DNA of 64,000 nucleotides from an uncultured Ignavibacteria bacterium. GTDB lineage: Bacteria > Bacteroidota > Ignavibacteria > Ignavibacteriales > Ignavibacteriaceae. The stretch lies in contig CAVZFD010000005.1 in assembly GCA_963774455.1 (NCBI GenBank), positions 865,055 to 929,054 of the forward strand. The letters are read 5' to 3'. The notes under the pieces are model-generated. The model saw nothing but the letters and a program-made list of their open reading frames with translations, was not told the DNA's origin and did not search any database. Made by a program: the position numbers and the translations under genes. Positions 1 through 9,365 of this stretch are shown here, in pieces. Numbering within the stretch: position 1 is the first letter of the stretch; every line of letters starts with the position of its first letter.

Positions 1-132
1 TTTTCCCTGCCTCAGGGCTTTAACTTCGGTACCCTGAAGTACGATCCCTGCTTCATAAGTCTGCAGGATTGTGTACTCATGCCTGGCTTTCCTGTTTACT
101 GTAATATTTTTCTCTTCTGTCTCTTTAGCCAT
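1..132 (-). CDS. smpB: SsrA-binding protein SmpB, N-terminal 44 codons (gene runs off the left edge)
   Basis: Reverse-strand translation from the ATG at 130-132 gives [44 protein letters not shown]. This matches the conserved SmpB N-terminus (NRKARHxY..YEAGIxLxGTEVKxLR). It is absent from the ORF track because the window edge truncates it. Confidence 0.85.
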   Translation of the reverse strand, partial: MAKETEEKNITVNRKARHEYTILQTYEAGIVLQGTEVKALRQGK

Positions 133-370
133 AATCTCACAAAAAAGGCATAAAAATAATTATTATACGCGATTAAATACAAATAATGGATTCCAAATGT
201 AACATTATTCACTATAAAATTATAGAGAAAGAGAAAGATGAATGGAAATTTTCGACTTGATCAGTTAATGCTCCCGAGAAATAGAGGCTGGCAAAAAATG
301 GATTTGGGAAAATAGGTTGTTGAGTCTGGTTACAAGTATTCTTTTATTCAATTATTGTATATTCCGGTTA

Positions 371-1051
371 ATGAAAAAAACGATCAGCAATATTAGTTTT
401 GATGCTTCGAAAAGCGCGGGTAAGGTGAGTGGAAAAGTAATTCTTCCTGAGAAGGCCAGGTTGTTCCTGGTGCTGGCTCATGGTGCAGGTGCGGATATGT
501 ATCATTCTTTTATGGAAACGATTGCAGATTACCTTGCTGATGATCAGATTGCAACTTTAAGATATAATTTTCCCTATACCGAAAATAAGAAAAAAAGACC
601 CGATTTTGCTCCTGTGTTAATGGAAACGGTTCGTTCAGCGGTAAAGGCTGCAGGTGATTTTTCAGGCAGCCTGCCTATTTTTGCCGGCGGTAAATCAATG
701 GGCGGCAGAATGACCTCAATGGCGGCTTCTAAAGAGCCGCTCGATAAGGTTAAAGGGATAGTTTTCTTCGGATTCCCGCTCCATGCACCCGGAAAACCAT
801 CGACAGAAAGATCAGAACATTTATTCAAGGTTGCTGTACCAATGTTGTTTTTGCAGGGGACAAGGGACAAACTTGCTGAGCCGGAATTATTAATGCCCGT
901 AATAAAAAAACTGGGAAATACTGCATATCTCCATTTAATAGATGGAGGCGATCATTCTTTTCATATGCTTAAAAGTTCCGGAAGAAGTGATGATGAGATC
1001 CTGAGGGAACTTGCAGCAAAGGCCGGTGATTGGGCATCCTCGCACAGCTGA
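371..1051 (+). CDS. alpha/beta-fold hydrolase (dienelactone-hydrolase / COG3571-like)
   Basis: LAHGAGADM oxyanion-type motif, GKSMGGR nucleophile elbow (GxSxG) and a C-terminal GGDHSF histidine motif. I prefer the ATG at 371 (MKKTISN) over the upstream alternative start at 317. Confidence 0.75.
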   Translation: MKKTISNISFDASKSAGKVSGKVILPEKARLFLVLAHGAGADMYHSFMETIADYLADDQIATLRYNFPYTENKKKRPDFAPVLMETVRSAVKAAGDFSGSLPIFAGGKSMGGRMTSMAASKEPLDKVKGIVFFGFPLHAPGKPSTERSEHLFKVAVPMLFLQGTRDKLAEPELLMPVIKKLGNTAYLHLIDGGDHSFHMLKSSGRSDDEILRELAAKAGDWASSHS

Positions 1052-1122
1052 TACTTTTCTAAACTTCACTTTCAACATTCTTACCCTTTAACTATTTTTA
1101 CCCAGCCATTTTTAGGTTTTTA

Positions 1123-3339
1123 ATGATCAAGCTGAAATATCTTTTCTTATTCCCCATCCTTATCGTTGCATCTTTCTCCGGATGTGCGCATAAAGAGCCA
1201 GAGAACCAGATAGTAATCTGGCACAATATGCGACCCGAGGAGAAGAATGTCCTCCAGAACCAGATCGAAGAATATATGAAGCTGCACCCGGGCATAAAAA
1301 TAATTCAGCTATACAAAGAAACCGAGGAAATGCGCTCCGGCTATATTGTTGCAGCCATAGGTGGACAGGGTCCTGATCTGATATACGGACCATCAGACCA
1401 GGTAGGACCGTTTGCGGATATGGAGATCATTAAACCTCTCGAAAATGTTTTCTCAAAAGAGTATCTCTCTCATTTCAATGATAAAGCGCTGATTAGTTAC
1501 AAGGGTCATTTGTGGCAGCTGGCAGATAAGCTTGGGAATCATCTTACCCTTGTCTATAATAAGGACCTTGTTCCTATACCACCGAAAACCGATAAAGAAT
1601 TGATTGATATAGGGAAGAAGCTTACGAAGGACTTAAACGGCGACGGCAGGATTGATCAATACGGACTTGTATGGAACTATACGGAACCATATTTTTTTAT
1701 TCCTTTTTTAACAGGCTTCGGAGGCTGGGTACTGGATAGTACCGATACTCCTACTCTGAATACTCCTGCGATGGTGAATGCACTTAATTTTATAGCGGAC
1801 CTTCGTGACAAGTATAAGATCATACCCGGTGAAGCTGATTATGATATCGCCGATGTTCTTTTCAAAGAGGGAAAGGCAGGAATGATAATTAATGGTGACT
1901 GGTCATGGTCGAGCTATGGTAATGCCGGAATAAATTATGGGATATCCGTCCTGCCCATCATTACTGAAACAGGAAAGTACGCAACTCCGATGGTTGCTCC
2001 GAAAGGTTATTCAATAAATATAAATGTTGATAAGAAAAAGTTAAGCGAAATTAAAGATCTGCTGATGTTTTTAATGAGCCCCGAAAAACAGCTTGAAACC
2101 GCGATTGAAGTAAAGACTTTTCCCAGCAGGAAGGAACTCTACACCAACCCGAAATTGACCAACGATGAGATATTCATAAATTCAAAGAACCAGATCGACC
2201 ACGGGATCGCTCTTCCTATAGTTACCGAAATGAGGGCTATCTGGGATGCTATGCGTCCAGCCTACCAGGCTGTTCTCGGAGGTGCTATCACTCCTCAAAA
2301 AGCTGCAAAGCAAATGCAGGAGGATGCAGTTAAAAAGATTAAGGAACTGAGAGAGGACTATGTAGACCCTGTAGGAAGAACTATCGTCTTTATAATTTTC
2401 GCGGCTGCGGTGATAGCACTTATATTTTTTACGAGAAAAAACCTTTCCGCCTTTTTTAGAAATTTCAAACGGGATAAGTTTGCCTACTACCTGCTTCTGC
2501 CCGCAATGATCATAATGATTGCGGTGATCCTATATCCCTTTATATATAATATTGTGCTTTCAGTTTCCAATATGAGTCTTGCTCATATTAACGATTGGAG
2601 TATAGTCGGCTTCTACCAATACGCAAAGGTGTTTGCCGAACCGCAGTTTTATGAATTCTTTCTGAAGACGATAATATGGACAGGCACAAACATTGTCTTT
2701 CACGTTGTGCTTGGTGTTACCCTTGCATTACTTATAAATAGGAGCCTTCCCGGTTCAGGTGTATTCAGAACGCTGTTGATCCTCCCCTGGGCAATACCGC
2801 AGTATATCGTCGCTTTAACATGGCGCGGAATGTTTAATTACGAATACGGCGCCATTAACCTGATAATTGTGAAGTTCCTTTCTATGTCGCCGGTTGAATG
2901 GCTGAAGTCGCCCGTTGAAGCTTTTATGGCTGTGATAATAACCAACATATGGCTGGGATTTCCATTTATGATGATAATTGCTCTCGGTGCGCTGCAGAGC
3001 ATTCCTAAGGAATTATATGAGGCAGCCGATATAGACGGAGCGAAATGGTATCAAAAGCTTAAGTCGATTACCATACCGCTGATAAAACCGGTGATGATCC
3101 CTGCAATTACCCTTGGCGTGATTTGGACATTCAATAATATAAATGTGGTCTGGCTGGTAAGCAATGCAGGAGAGCCCTCGGATAAAACACATATATTGGT
3201 CTCTTTTGTTTACAAGGCGGCATTTAATTTATACAGGTACGGTTACGCCGCTGCCTTCAGTGTGGTTATCTTTTTAATTCTGCTTGCGTTCGGATTAACG
3301 TTCCTGAGGAGGACGCGTGCAACAGAATCTATTTACTAA
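1123..3339 (+). CDS. fusion protein: CUT1-type sugar-binding lipoprotein (MalE-like) plus MalF-like ABC permease
   Basis: Lipobox ASFSGC at the N-terminus, followed by about 400 aa that resemble an extracellular solute-binding protein. A linker TM helix (VFIIFAAAVIALIFF) leads into a 6-TM permease with the EAA loop EAADIDGAKWYQKLKSITIPLIKP. The whole is one uninterrupted 738-aa ORF. Confidence 0.85.
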   Translation: MIKLKYLFLFPILIVASFSGCAHKEPENQIVIWHNMRPEEKNVLQNQIEEYMKLHPGIKIIQLYKETEEMRSGYIVAAIGGQGPDLIYGPSDQVGPFADMEIIKPLENVFSKEYLSHFNDKALISYKGHLWQLADKLGNHLTLVYNKDLVPIPPKTDKELIDIGKKLTKDLNGDGRIDQYGLVWNYTEPYFFIPFLTGFGGWVLDSTDTPTLNTPAMVNALNFIADLRDKYKIIPGEADYDIADVLFKEGKAGMIINGDWSWSSYGNAGINYGISVLPIITETGKYATPMVAPKGYSININVDKKKLSEIKDLLMFLMSPEKQLETAIEVKTFPSRKELYTNPKLTNDEIFINSKNQIDHGIALPIVTEMRAIWDAMRPAYQAVLGGAITPQKAAKQMQEDAVKKIKELREDYVDPVGRTIVFIIFAAAVIALIFFTRKNLSAFFRNFKRDKFAYYLLLPAMIIMIAVILYPFIYNIVLSVSNMSLAHINDWSIVGFYQYAKVFAEPQFYEFFLKTIIWTGTNIVFHVVLGVTLALLINRSLPGSGVFRTLLILPWAIPQYIVALTWRGMFNYEYGAINLIIVKFLSMSPVEWLKSPVEAFMAVIITNIWLGFPFMMIIALGALQSIPKELYEAADIDGAKWYQKLKSITIPLIKPVMIPAITLGVIWTFNNINVVWLVSNAGEPSDKTHILVSFVYKAAFNLYRYGYAAAFSVVIFLILLAFGLTFLRRTRATESIY

Positions 3340-3422
3340 AATTATCTTTGTGCCTTAGAGTCTTAGTGGCAATTTTTTCGGCCACGAAGACCCAAAGACG
3401 CTAAGCTAACAAATTTAAAATC

Positions 3423-4256
3423 ATGAATAGAAAAAAATTACTCGCAGACATTTTGACATACTTATTCCTTATCATCTTTACTGTTGTCGCGTTGTACCCT
3501 GTAGTAAATGTCTTTACAATTTCAATAAGACCGAATGACAGGCTTTTATCTACCTCATTGTCAATAATTCCTGATAACGCAACTTTCAAACAGTATGTTG
3601 AACTCTTTACGAACCGGCCATTTCTAACCTGGGTATGGAACAGCACGATCGTATCTTTTGTCGTTACAGTTACCGGTGTTGTACTTGCTTCCACTGCCGG
3701 ATATGCATTGTCAAGGTTTCAGTTTATAGGCAAGCAGTTTAGTATGCTGGGATTGCTTACAACCCAGATGTTCCCTGCAACAATGCTTCTCCTTCCGATG
3801 TACATTATGCTAATCAAACTGGGACTAATCAATAGCTACCTGGGAATTATAATCGTTTATTCCGCAACTGCACTTCCGTTTTGTGTCTGGCAGATGAAAG
3901 GTTATTATGATACAATTCCTTTAAGTCTTGAAGAAAGCGCGCGTATTGACGGATGCAACCGCTGGCAGGCTTTTTATAAAATAATTTTCCCTCTCGCCGC
4001 ACCTGCGCTTGTTATTACTGCACTCTTTTCGTTTATGACAGCATGGTCTGAGTATATAGTAGCCGCCCAGGTTCTACAGGATACATCTCTCTATACCCTG
4101 CCGTTGGGATTAAAATCATTTCAGTCGAACTTAACAACCGAATGGGGCTTATATGCCGCGGCCGCACTTATAGTGAGTATTCCTGTGGTGATATTGTTCA
4201 TTGTATTAAGCAAATGGCTTGTTTCAGGTCTTACCTTGGGAAGCGTAAAAGGATAG
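3423..4256 (+). CDS. MalG-like sugar ABC transporter permease
   Basis: Six predicted TM segments and the EAA loop EESARIDGCNRWQAFYKIIFPLAAP. It sits immediately downstream of the MalF-like gene. Confidence 0.9.
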   Translation: MNRKKLLADILTYLFLIIFTVVALYPVVNVFTISIRPNDRLLSTSLSIIPDNATFKQYVELFTNRPFLTWVWNSTIVSFVVTVTGVVLASTAGYALSRFQFIGKQFSMLGLLTTQMFPATMLLLPMYIMLIKLGLINSYLGIIIVYSATALPFCVWQMKGYYDTIPLSLEESARIDGCNRWQAFYKIIFPLAAPALVITALFSFMTAWSEYIVAAQVLQDTSLYTLPLGLKSFQSNLTTEWGLYAAAALIVSIPVVILFIVLSKWLVSGLTLGSVKG

Positions 4257-4313
4257 TGATTGAAATATTGCAGATTGCAAATTGAAAAATAATTTAGATC
4301 CCGCAAGAGTCAA

Positions 4314-5828
4314 CTATCTGATCTCATCAACGTCCTTGACAAACATTACCATAATCCCTGCAAAGATCATTGATGCGCCTCCAAGCAGCAGAGCATAAAT
4401 AGCTTCACCTCCGAAAGGAACTCTTACAAACCAGCCAAGTATCGCAGCAGCTGTAATCTGGGGGATCACGATAAAGAAATTAAATATTCCCATATATACA
4501 CCCATCTTTTCAGGAGGAATGGAACCTGCAAGGATTGCATAAGGCATCGCAAGGATTGACGCCCAGGCGAGTCCGATCCCTAGTTCTGATATCAGAAGGA
4601 GATCGGGGTTCTGAATTACATAGAATGACGCAAAGGAAATTCCGCCTATAACAAGACTTATCATATGAACGCTTTTTCTGCTCGTCCTTTTAGCAAGCCA
4701 GACAAGCACGAATGCCATCACAGCAGCGAAGCCGTTGTAAACGGACATCAGCACACCAACCCAATCAGCCCCCTTATTAAATAACTCTGAAGTCGGATCG
4801 GTTGCCCCGTAAATATGATGTGTAACTGCCGGTGTAGTATAAATCCACATAGCAAATAAAGCAAACCAGGAAAAAAACTGAACCACGGCAAGCTGCTTCA
4901 TAGTAGTCGGCATTTTGTATAAATCGTTGGTGACGACAACAAAACCATTTTTGATACTTCCCGATTTTGTCATCAACCCGGCGACAAGCTGCACGACACC
5001 GAATGCCACCAGTCCTACGAATAAAACATATAACCCGAAATCATTTTCATTCAGTACAAAATATAATATGGCTGAACAGGCCAATCCTGCTGCGAGCCAG
5101 AAGGTGCCGTTCCTGAAAAATTTTGAAGCGGAAACATCTGCGGAAACCTGATTCGCAGAGATTCCGGGTGATCCCGCTTCACTTTCAGAAAATCTTTTTA
5201 ATTCTTCGGGCGAATATTCTTTGGATGTAACAACTGTCCATAGTACAGCAAGGAAGAAAACAGCACCGCCGATATAAAAGGAAAATTTCACCGAATCAGG
5301 AATCTGACCTGCAGGTGCAGTGTTTGCAATATTAAACCAATTAGTGAGAACATAAGGAAGCGCCGAAGCAACTACAGCTCCTATTCCGATAAAAAAGCTC
5401 TGTGTTGAATAGCCAATGGTTCGCTGTTCGGATGGGAGGTTATCGGCAACGAAGGCACGGAACGGTTCCATTGAAATATTTATGGAGGCATCCATTATCC
5501 ATAGCATACCGGCAGCAACCCAAAGAACAGGTGAGTTGGGCATAAAAATGATAGCTGCAGAAGCAAGAATTGCACCTCCGAAGAAGTACGGTCTCCTTCT
5601 GCCGAGTCTTGTCCATGTCTTATCGCTGAAATGACCTATTATAGGTTGTATTATTAATCCGGTAACAGGTGCCGCTATCCACAAAATAGGTATTGAATCG
5701 ATATCAGCCCCCAATGTTTCAAAAATTCTGCTTACATTTGCATTTTGAAGTGCGAAGCCAAACTGGATACCGAGGAATCCGAAACTCATATTCCAGATCT
5801 GCCAGAAGCTTAGGCGGGGTTTTTGCAT
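4314..5828 (-). CDS. MFS / GPH-SLC45-like sugar:cation symporter
   Basis: 12-TM-type hydrophobic profile and the loop motif DKTWTRLGRRRPYFF typical of GPH/SLC45 glycoside transporters. It is convergent with the sugar ABC genes. Confidence 0.8.
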   Translation of the reverse strand: MQKPRLSFWQIWNMSFGFLGIQFGFALQNANVSRIFETLGADIDSIPILWIAAPVTGLIIQPIIGHFSDKTWTRLGRRRPYFFGGAILASAAIIFMPNSPVLWVAAGMLWIMDASINISMEPFRAFVADNLPSEQRTIGYSTQSFFIGIGAVVASALPYVLTNWFNIANTAPAGQIPDSVKFSFYIGGAVFFLAVLWTVVTSKEYSPEELKRFSESEAGSPGISANQVSADVSASKFFRNGTFWLAAGLACSAILYFVLNENDFGLYVLFVGLVAFGVVQLVAGLMTKSGSIKNGFVVVTNDLYKMPTTMKQLAVVQFFSWFALFAMWIYTTPAVTHHIYGATDPTSELFNKGADWVGVLMSVYNGFAAVMAFVLVWLAKRTSRKSVHMISLVIGGISFASFYVIQNPDLLLISELGIGLAWASILAMPYAILAGSIPPEKMGVYMGIFNFFIVIPQITAAAILGWFVRVPFGGEAIYALLLGGASMIFAGIMVMFVKDVDEIR

Positions 5829-6160
5829 CTGTTGTTCCTTAAAGAAAACTTAACTTAAACGGAAAAAACTTAGTCTTTTTCCGAATCAAAACAAAAAGGC
5901 ACATTTAACTTTCTTTTGGTTTTGACAACTTTCTTGCGATTTTCTGACAGCCATAAGTCACCTTCATCCCGGCCTCTCTTCGGCCTCACCTCGGCCTCCA
6001 AAAGGCAGATACCAGGCTCCCTGAAAGCGTCTCCCTCCTATTAACGGATTTAAATTCTACCTCAAGATAATTTTTTAAATGGGTGGAACTATATTATTTT
6101 TTAGGATAACTTTAATAAATCCTTTAATAAATTCAGATAAAACCCCGGAGGCATATTTCT

Positions 6161-6892
6161 ATGTTTAAGAGATTAACTATCCTTGCATCGGTTATCTTTC
6201 TGTCGTCTGTGTTTTCACATGCTCAGGTTCCTGATAAATTTACAAATCTGCAAGTATTGCCCAAACTGATTTCAAAGGAAAAACTTCTCGGCACGATGAG
6301 ATCCTTCTCCGATGCTCTTGGTGTCAACTGCGGATTTTGTCACGCTGATCAGGAAGGTACGGACAAGCTTGATTTTCCATCTGACAAAAAAGAAGAAAAA
6401 GAAGAGGCAAGGGTAATGTTGAAGATGGTTATGGGAATTAACAAGGATTACCTTTCACAGTTATCCAAATATACCAGCGATGTAATGACTGTTAAGTGCG
6501 TTACCTGCCACCGCGGAAATAAGAAACCTCTGATGCTGGAGGATGTTCTGCTAACTACAATTAAAGATAAGGGTCTTCCCCAGGCCATAAGCACCTATCA
6601 TCAGCTGCATGACCAATACTACGGAAGTTTTACTTATGATTTTTCACCTGAAACTCTCGTCAAACTTGTGGAAATGCTGAATGATGAACAAAGATATGAT
6701 GACGCACTTGGGATTGCCAATCTTAATATTGAAGTTTATCCTAATTCAGGGATGGCTTATTATGGACTAGGCGAAGCTTACCAGGCAAAAGGTGATAAAG
6801 AAAAAGCTCTCGAAACGTATAAGAAAGCCAAAGAGATGATGCCTGAAAGTTCGCGTTTTATTGACAGAAAAATTCAGGAATTGAAGGAATAA
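6161..6892 (+). CDS. secreted dihaem c-type cytochrome of the reaction-centre cytochrome c subunit fold, with a C-terminal TPR region
   Basis: Signal peptide, then FTNLQVLP...MRSFSDALGVNCGFCH and VKCVTCH (two CxxCH motifs). The tail contains TPR-like AYYGLGEAYQAKGDKEKALETYKKA. Confidence 0.75.
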   Translation: MFKRLTILASVIFLSSVFSHAQVPDKFTNLQVLPKLISKEKLLGTMRSFSDALGVNCGFCHADQEGTDKLDFPSDKKEEKEEARVMLKMVMGINKDYLSQLSKYTSDVMTVKCVTCHRGNKKPLMLEDVLLTTIKDKGLPQAISTYHQLHDQYYGSFTYDFSPETLVKLVEMLNDEQRYDDALGIANLNIEVYPNSGMAYYGLGEAYQAKGDKEKALETYKKAKEMMPESSRFIDRKIQELKE

Positions 6893-6905
6893 TTCGTGCT
6901 CCTCT

Positions 6906-7484
6906 ATGGAAATTGCACTTATTGACAATTATGATTCCTTCACATACAATATCGTTGAACTTGTAAGGAGGATTCCAGGGACCAGCCTGGAGGTGCTGCC
7001 ATATGATCAGCTGAGGATCAGTAAACTTGATAGGTACAAGAGACTGATTATATCTCCGGGTCCCGGTCTCCCGGATGAATTTCCTCTGCTTCAGGATATG
7101 CTTAAGACATATCATTCAAAGATCCCAATGCTGGGAATATGCCTGGGACATGAAGCAATTTCCCGTTTCTTCGGCGCTGAACTGGATCATCTTCCGGCCG
7201 TTGTTCATGGTCAGCCGAAAGAAATAAATATATCCGGGCCATCGCTTCTTTTTAAGGGGGTCCCATCTAAGTTTAAAGCAGGTTTGTATCATTCATGGGT
7301 GATTGATAAAAGTAGTATGCCCAATGAGCTTGAGGTTACGGCTGTTTCAGAGGATGATAAGATTATGTCGTTCAGGCATAAAGAGTATAATCTTTTCGGC
7401 GTACAGTTCCATCCTGAGTCGATTATAACAGAGTACGGCATAGAGATGATGACAAATTTCCTGAATTTGGATGGTGAAGAATGA
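6906..7484 (+). CDS. pabA: aminodeoxychorismate/anthranilate synthase component II (class I glutamine amidotransferase)
   Basis: IDNYDSFTYN, catalytic Cys in MLGICLGHE, and GVQFHPES. Its stop overlaps the start of the next gene (ATGA). Confidence 0.85.
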   Translation: MEIALIDNYDSFTYNIVELVRRIPGTSLEVLPYDQLRISKLDRYKRLIISPGPGLPDEFPLLQDMLKTYHSKIPMLGICLGHEAISRFFGAELDHLPAVVHGQPKEINISGPSLLFKGVPSKFKAGLYHSWVIDKSSMPNELEVTAVSEDDKIMSFRHKEYNLFGVQFHPESIITEYGIEMMTNFLNLDGEE

Positions 7485-8449
7485 GCCTTCCGGAATTCAT
7501 TAAGAAGGTTAACACTTACAGCAGTGAAGGCATTCCATTTTTTTTCCTGGCAGATTTTGAACTGAAGAAACCGTTTGTTTGCAAACTGGATGAAACAGGG
7601 CGGGAAGGGATCTTCTACGATATAAAAGGGAATAAAAATTTTGATACCGGGCAGCATCATAAGCCCAAACAGTTTAAGAAAGTTCCCGTCAAAAAAGAAA
7701 TATACCTTGAAGCATTCGAAAAAGTGAAGCATCATCTCGACAGGGGAGATACATACCTTGTAAACCTGACCTTTCCTACGTCCATTGAAACAGATCTCTC
7801 TCTACAGGAAATATTTTATACGGCAAAAGCTCCCTATAAACTTCTATATAAAGATGAGTTCCTGGTTTTTTCGCCTGAGTGTTTTGTGAAGATTACCGAC
7901 GGCGAAATGTTCTCGTATCCTATGAAAGGCACAATCGATGCTTCATTGCCTGAAGCTGAAGAAATTCTGCTTAAGAACGAGAAAGAAATATATGAACACA
8001 ACACCATAGTTGACCTGATAAGGAATGATGTTTCGCTCTCGGCTGTTGACGTTACTGTGACAAAGTTCAGGTACATTGGCAAAATTCATACGAACCAGAA
8101 GGACCTGCTTCAGGTAAGCTCAGAAATTAAAGGAGTACTTAAAAAGAACTGGAAACAAAACCTGGGAGACATTTTAGTGAGAATGCTTCCTGCAGGCTCG
8201 ATAAGCGGTGCTCCTAAACAAAAAACTATAGAGGTCATTAAAAGTGCAGAACAGCAGGACAGAGGATGGTTCACAGGAATCTTTGGAATATTCGAGGGAA
8301 GAAATTTGGAGAGTGCTGTCATGATCCGGTATATTGAGAAGACACCAATTGGATTACAGTTCAGGAGCGGCGGAGGAATCACCGCGTTAAGCGATCCTGA
8401 AAATGAATACCAGGAAATGATAAATAAAGTATATGTACCCACTGGTTGA
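7481..8449 (+). CDS. pabB: aminodeoxychorismate synthase component I (short chorismate-binding form)
   Basis: Chorismate-binding motifs PAGSISGAPK, GWFTGIFG and RSGGGI. It is operonic with pabA and a class IV aminotransferase-like gene. Confidence 0.8.
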   Translation: MSLPEFIKKVNTYSSEGIPFFFLADFELKKPFVCKLDETGREGIFYDIKGNKNFDTGQHHKPKQFKKVPVKKEIYLEAFEKVKHHLDRGDTYLVNLTFPTSIETDLSLQEIFYTAKAPYKLLYKDEFLVFSPECFVKITDGEMFSYPMKGTIDASLPEAEEILLKNEKEIYEHNTIVDLIRNDVSLSAVDVTVTKFRYIGKIHTNQKDLLQVSSEIKGVLKKNWKQNLGDILVRMLPAGSISGAPKQKTIEVIKSAEQQDRGWFTGIFGIFEGRNLESAVMIRYIEKTPIGLQFRSGGGITALSDPENEYQEMINKVYVPTG

Positions 8450-9029
8450 AACAATAAGAATTAAAAACGGTGTGCCGCAGAATTTAAAATGGCACCAGGA
8501 AAGGTATGAGAGATCCTGCAGAACTTTCCTTGAAGCGGATCCGAAGTTCATCCTTGAAGATAAGATAAATGTACCGTCGTCATTAACTGAAGGTACGGTA
8601 AAATGCAGATTTCTCTACAATAAAGACTCCGTTAAGACTGAATTTCATAATTACAAAACCCCCCGTATACTTTCCCTTAAAATTGTAGAAGACGATACAA
8701 TTGAATATTCACATAAATTTACGGACAGAACATCAATAAACAATCTTCTGAAAATGAAAGAGGAATGTGATGATATTCTGATTATTAAAAACGAATTCAT
8801 TACAGATACTTCAATAGCAAATATAGTTTTCTTTGACGGCAAGAATTGGATGACCCCTGCCGGTCCGCTTCTCAACGGCACAGCCCGGGCAAGGCTTCTC
8901 AATGAAGGAAAAATCACTGCCGCAATTATCATGATGGAAGATTTAAGAAAATTCTCTCACTTCAGATTGATAAATGCTATGCTGGAATTTGAGGAGCAGG
9001 AGATGATAGGCATTTCGGGCTTAAAATAA
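8433..9029 (+). CDS. pabC: aminodeoxychorismate lyase-like protein (class IV aminotransferase fold)
   Basis: It overlaps the pabB stop by 17 nt. The size and motifs (HQERYERS, TDTSIANIVF, GTARARLL) resemble PabC/IlvE-fold proteins. The assignment rests largely on context. Confidence 0.65.
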   Translation: MYPLVETIRIKNGVPQNLKWHQERYERSCRTFLEADPKFILEDKINVPSSLTEGTVKCRFLYNKDSVKTEFHNYKTPRILSLKIVEDDTIEYSHKFTDRTSINNLLKMKEECDDILIIKNEFITDTSIANIVFFDGKNWMTPAGPLLNGTARARLLNEGKITAAIIMMEDLRKFSHFRLINAMLEFEEQEMIGISGLK

Positions 9030-9033
9030 AGAA

Positions 9034-9060
9034 GGCTGTCTCACAGGTTCTGAGACAGCC
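9034..9060. terminator. bidirectional stem-loop between convergent genes
   Basis: Perfect 10-bp stem GGCTGTCTCA (9034-9043) / TGAGACAGCC (9051-9060) with a 7-nt loop, lying between the pabC stop and the stop of the minus-strand remnant. Confidence 0.6.
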
Positions 9061-9087
9061 TCATAAATCTGGGAAGATTATTACTAA

Positions 9088-9330
9088 TTAAGCTCTTGCT
9101 GCCTGGTTTATTCCCTGGATTGCAATTCTTGTCAGCAGTGTATTTGCTTCACCTTCCTCTTCGAGAGTAGCTTGCGGTTTATCTGCCACTCCGTAAATAT
9201 CCAATTGTTCTGCATAAGTACTCAATGAACCGTAAGAAGCTATTTCATAACGCTCAACTTTCTGAGCTGCAGAAATTAAGGCTGCATAGCAGCATATAAT
9301 AACAGGTATTTTTGTCAAAAATTTGATATT
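9088..9330 (-). pseudogene. C-terminal remnant of a DUF892 (YciE/YciF ferritin-like) gene
   Basis: The translation ...AALISAAQKVERYEIASYGSLSTYAEQLDIYGVADKPQATLEEEGEANTLLTRIA matches only the last two helices of the DUF892 four-helix bundle. The ORF has no internal Met, and its 5' part runs into the start of fni on the other strand. Confidence 0.45.
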
Positions 9331-9365
9331 TTGTTCATCAAATAAATCACAAATAAAGTAAACTG

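Noticed and set aside
6161-6892. The reaction-centre-type cytochrome c as evidence for phototrophy.
   Set aside because: No reaction-centre, bacteriochlorophyll or antenna genes are nearby. This fold family is common in non-phototrophs.
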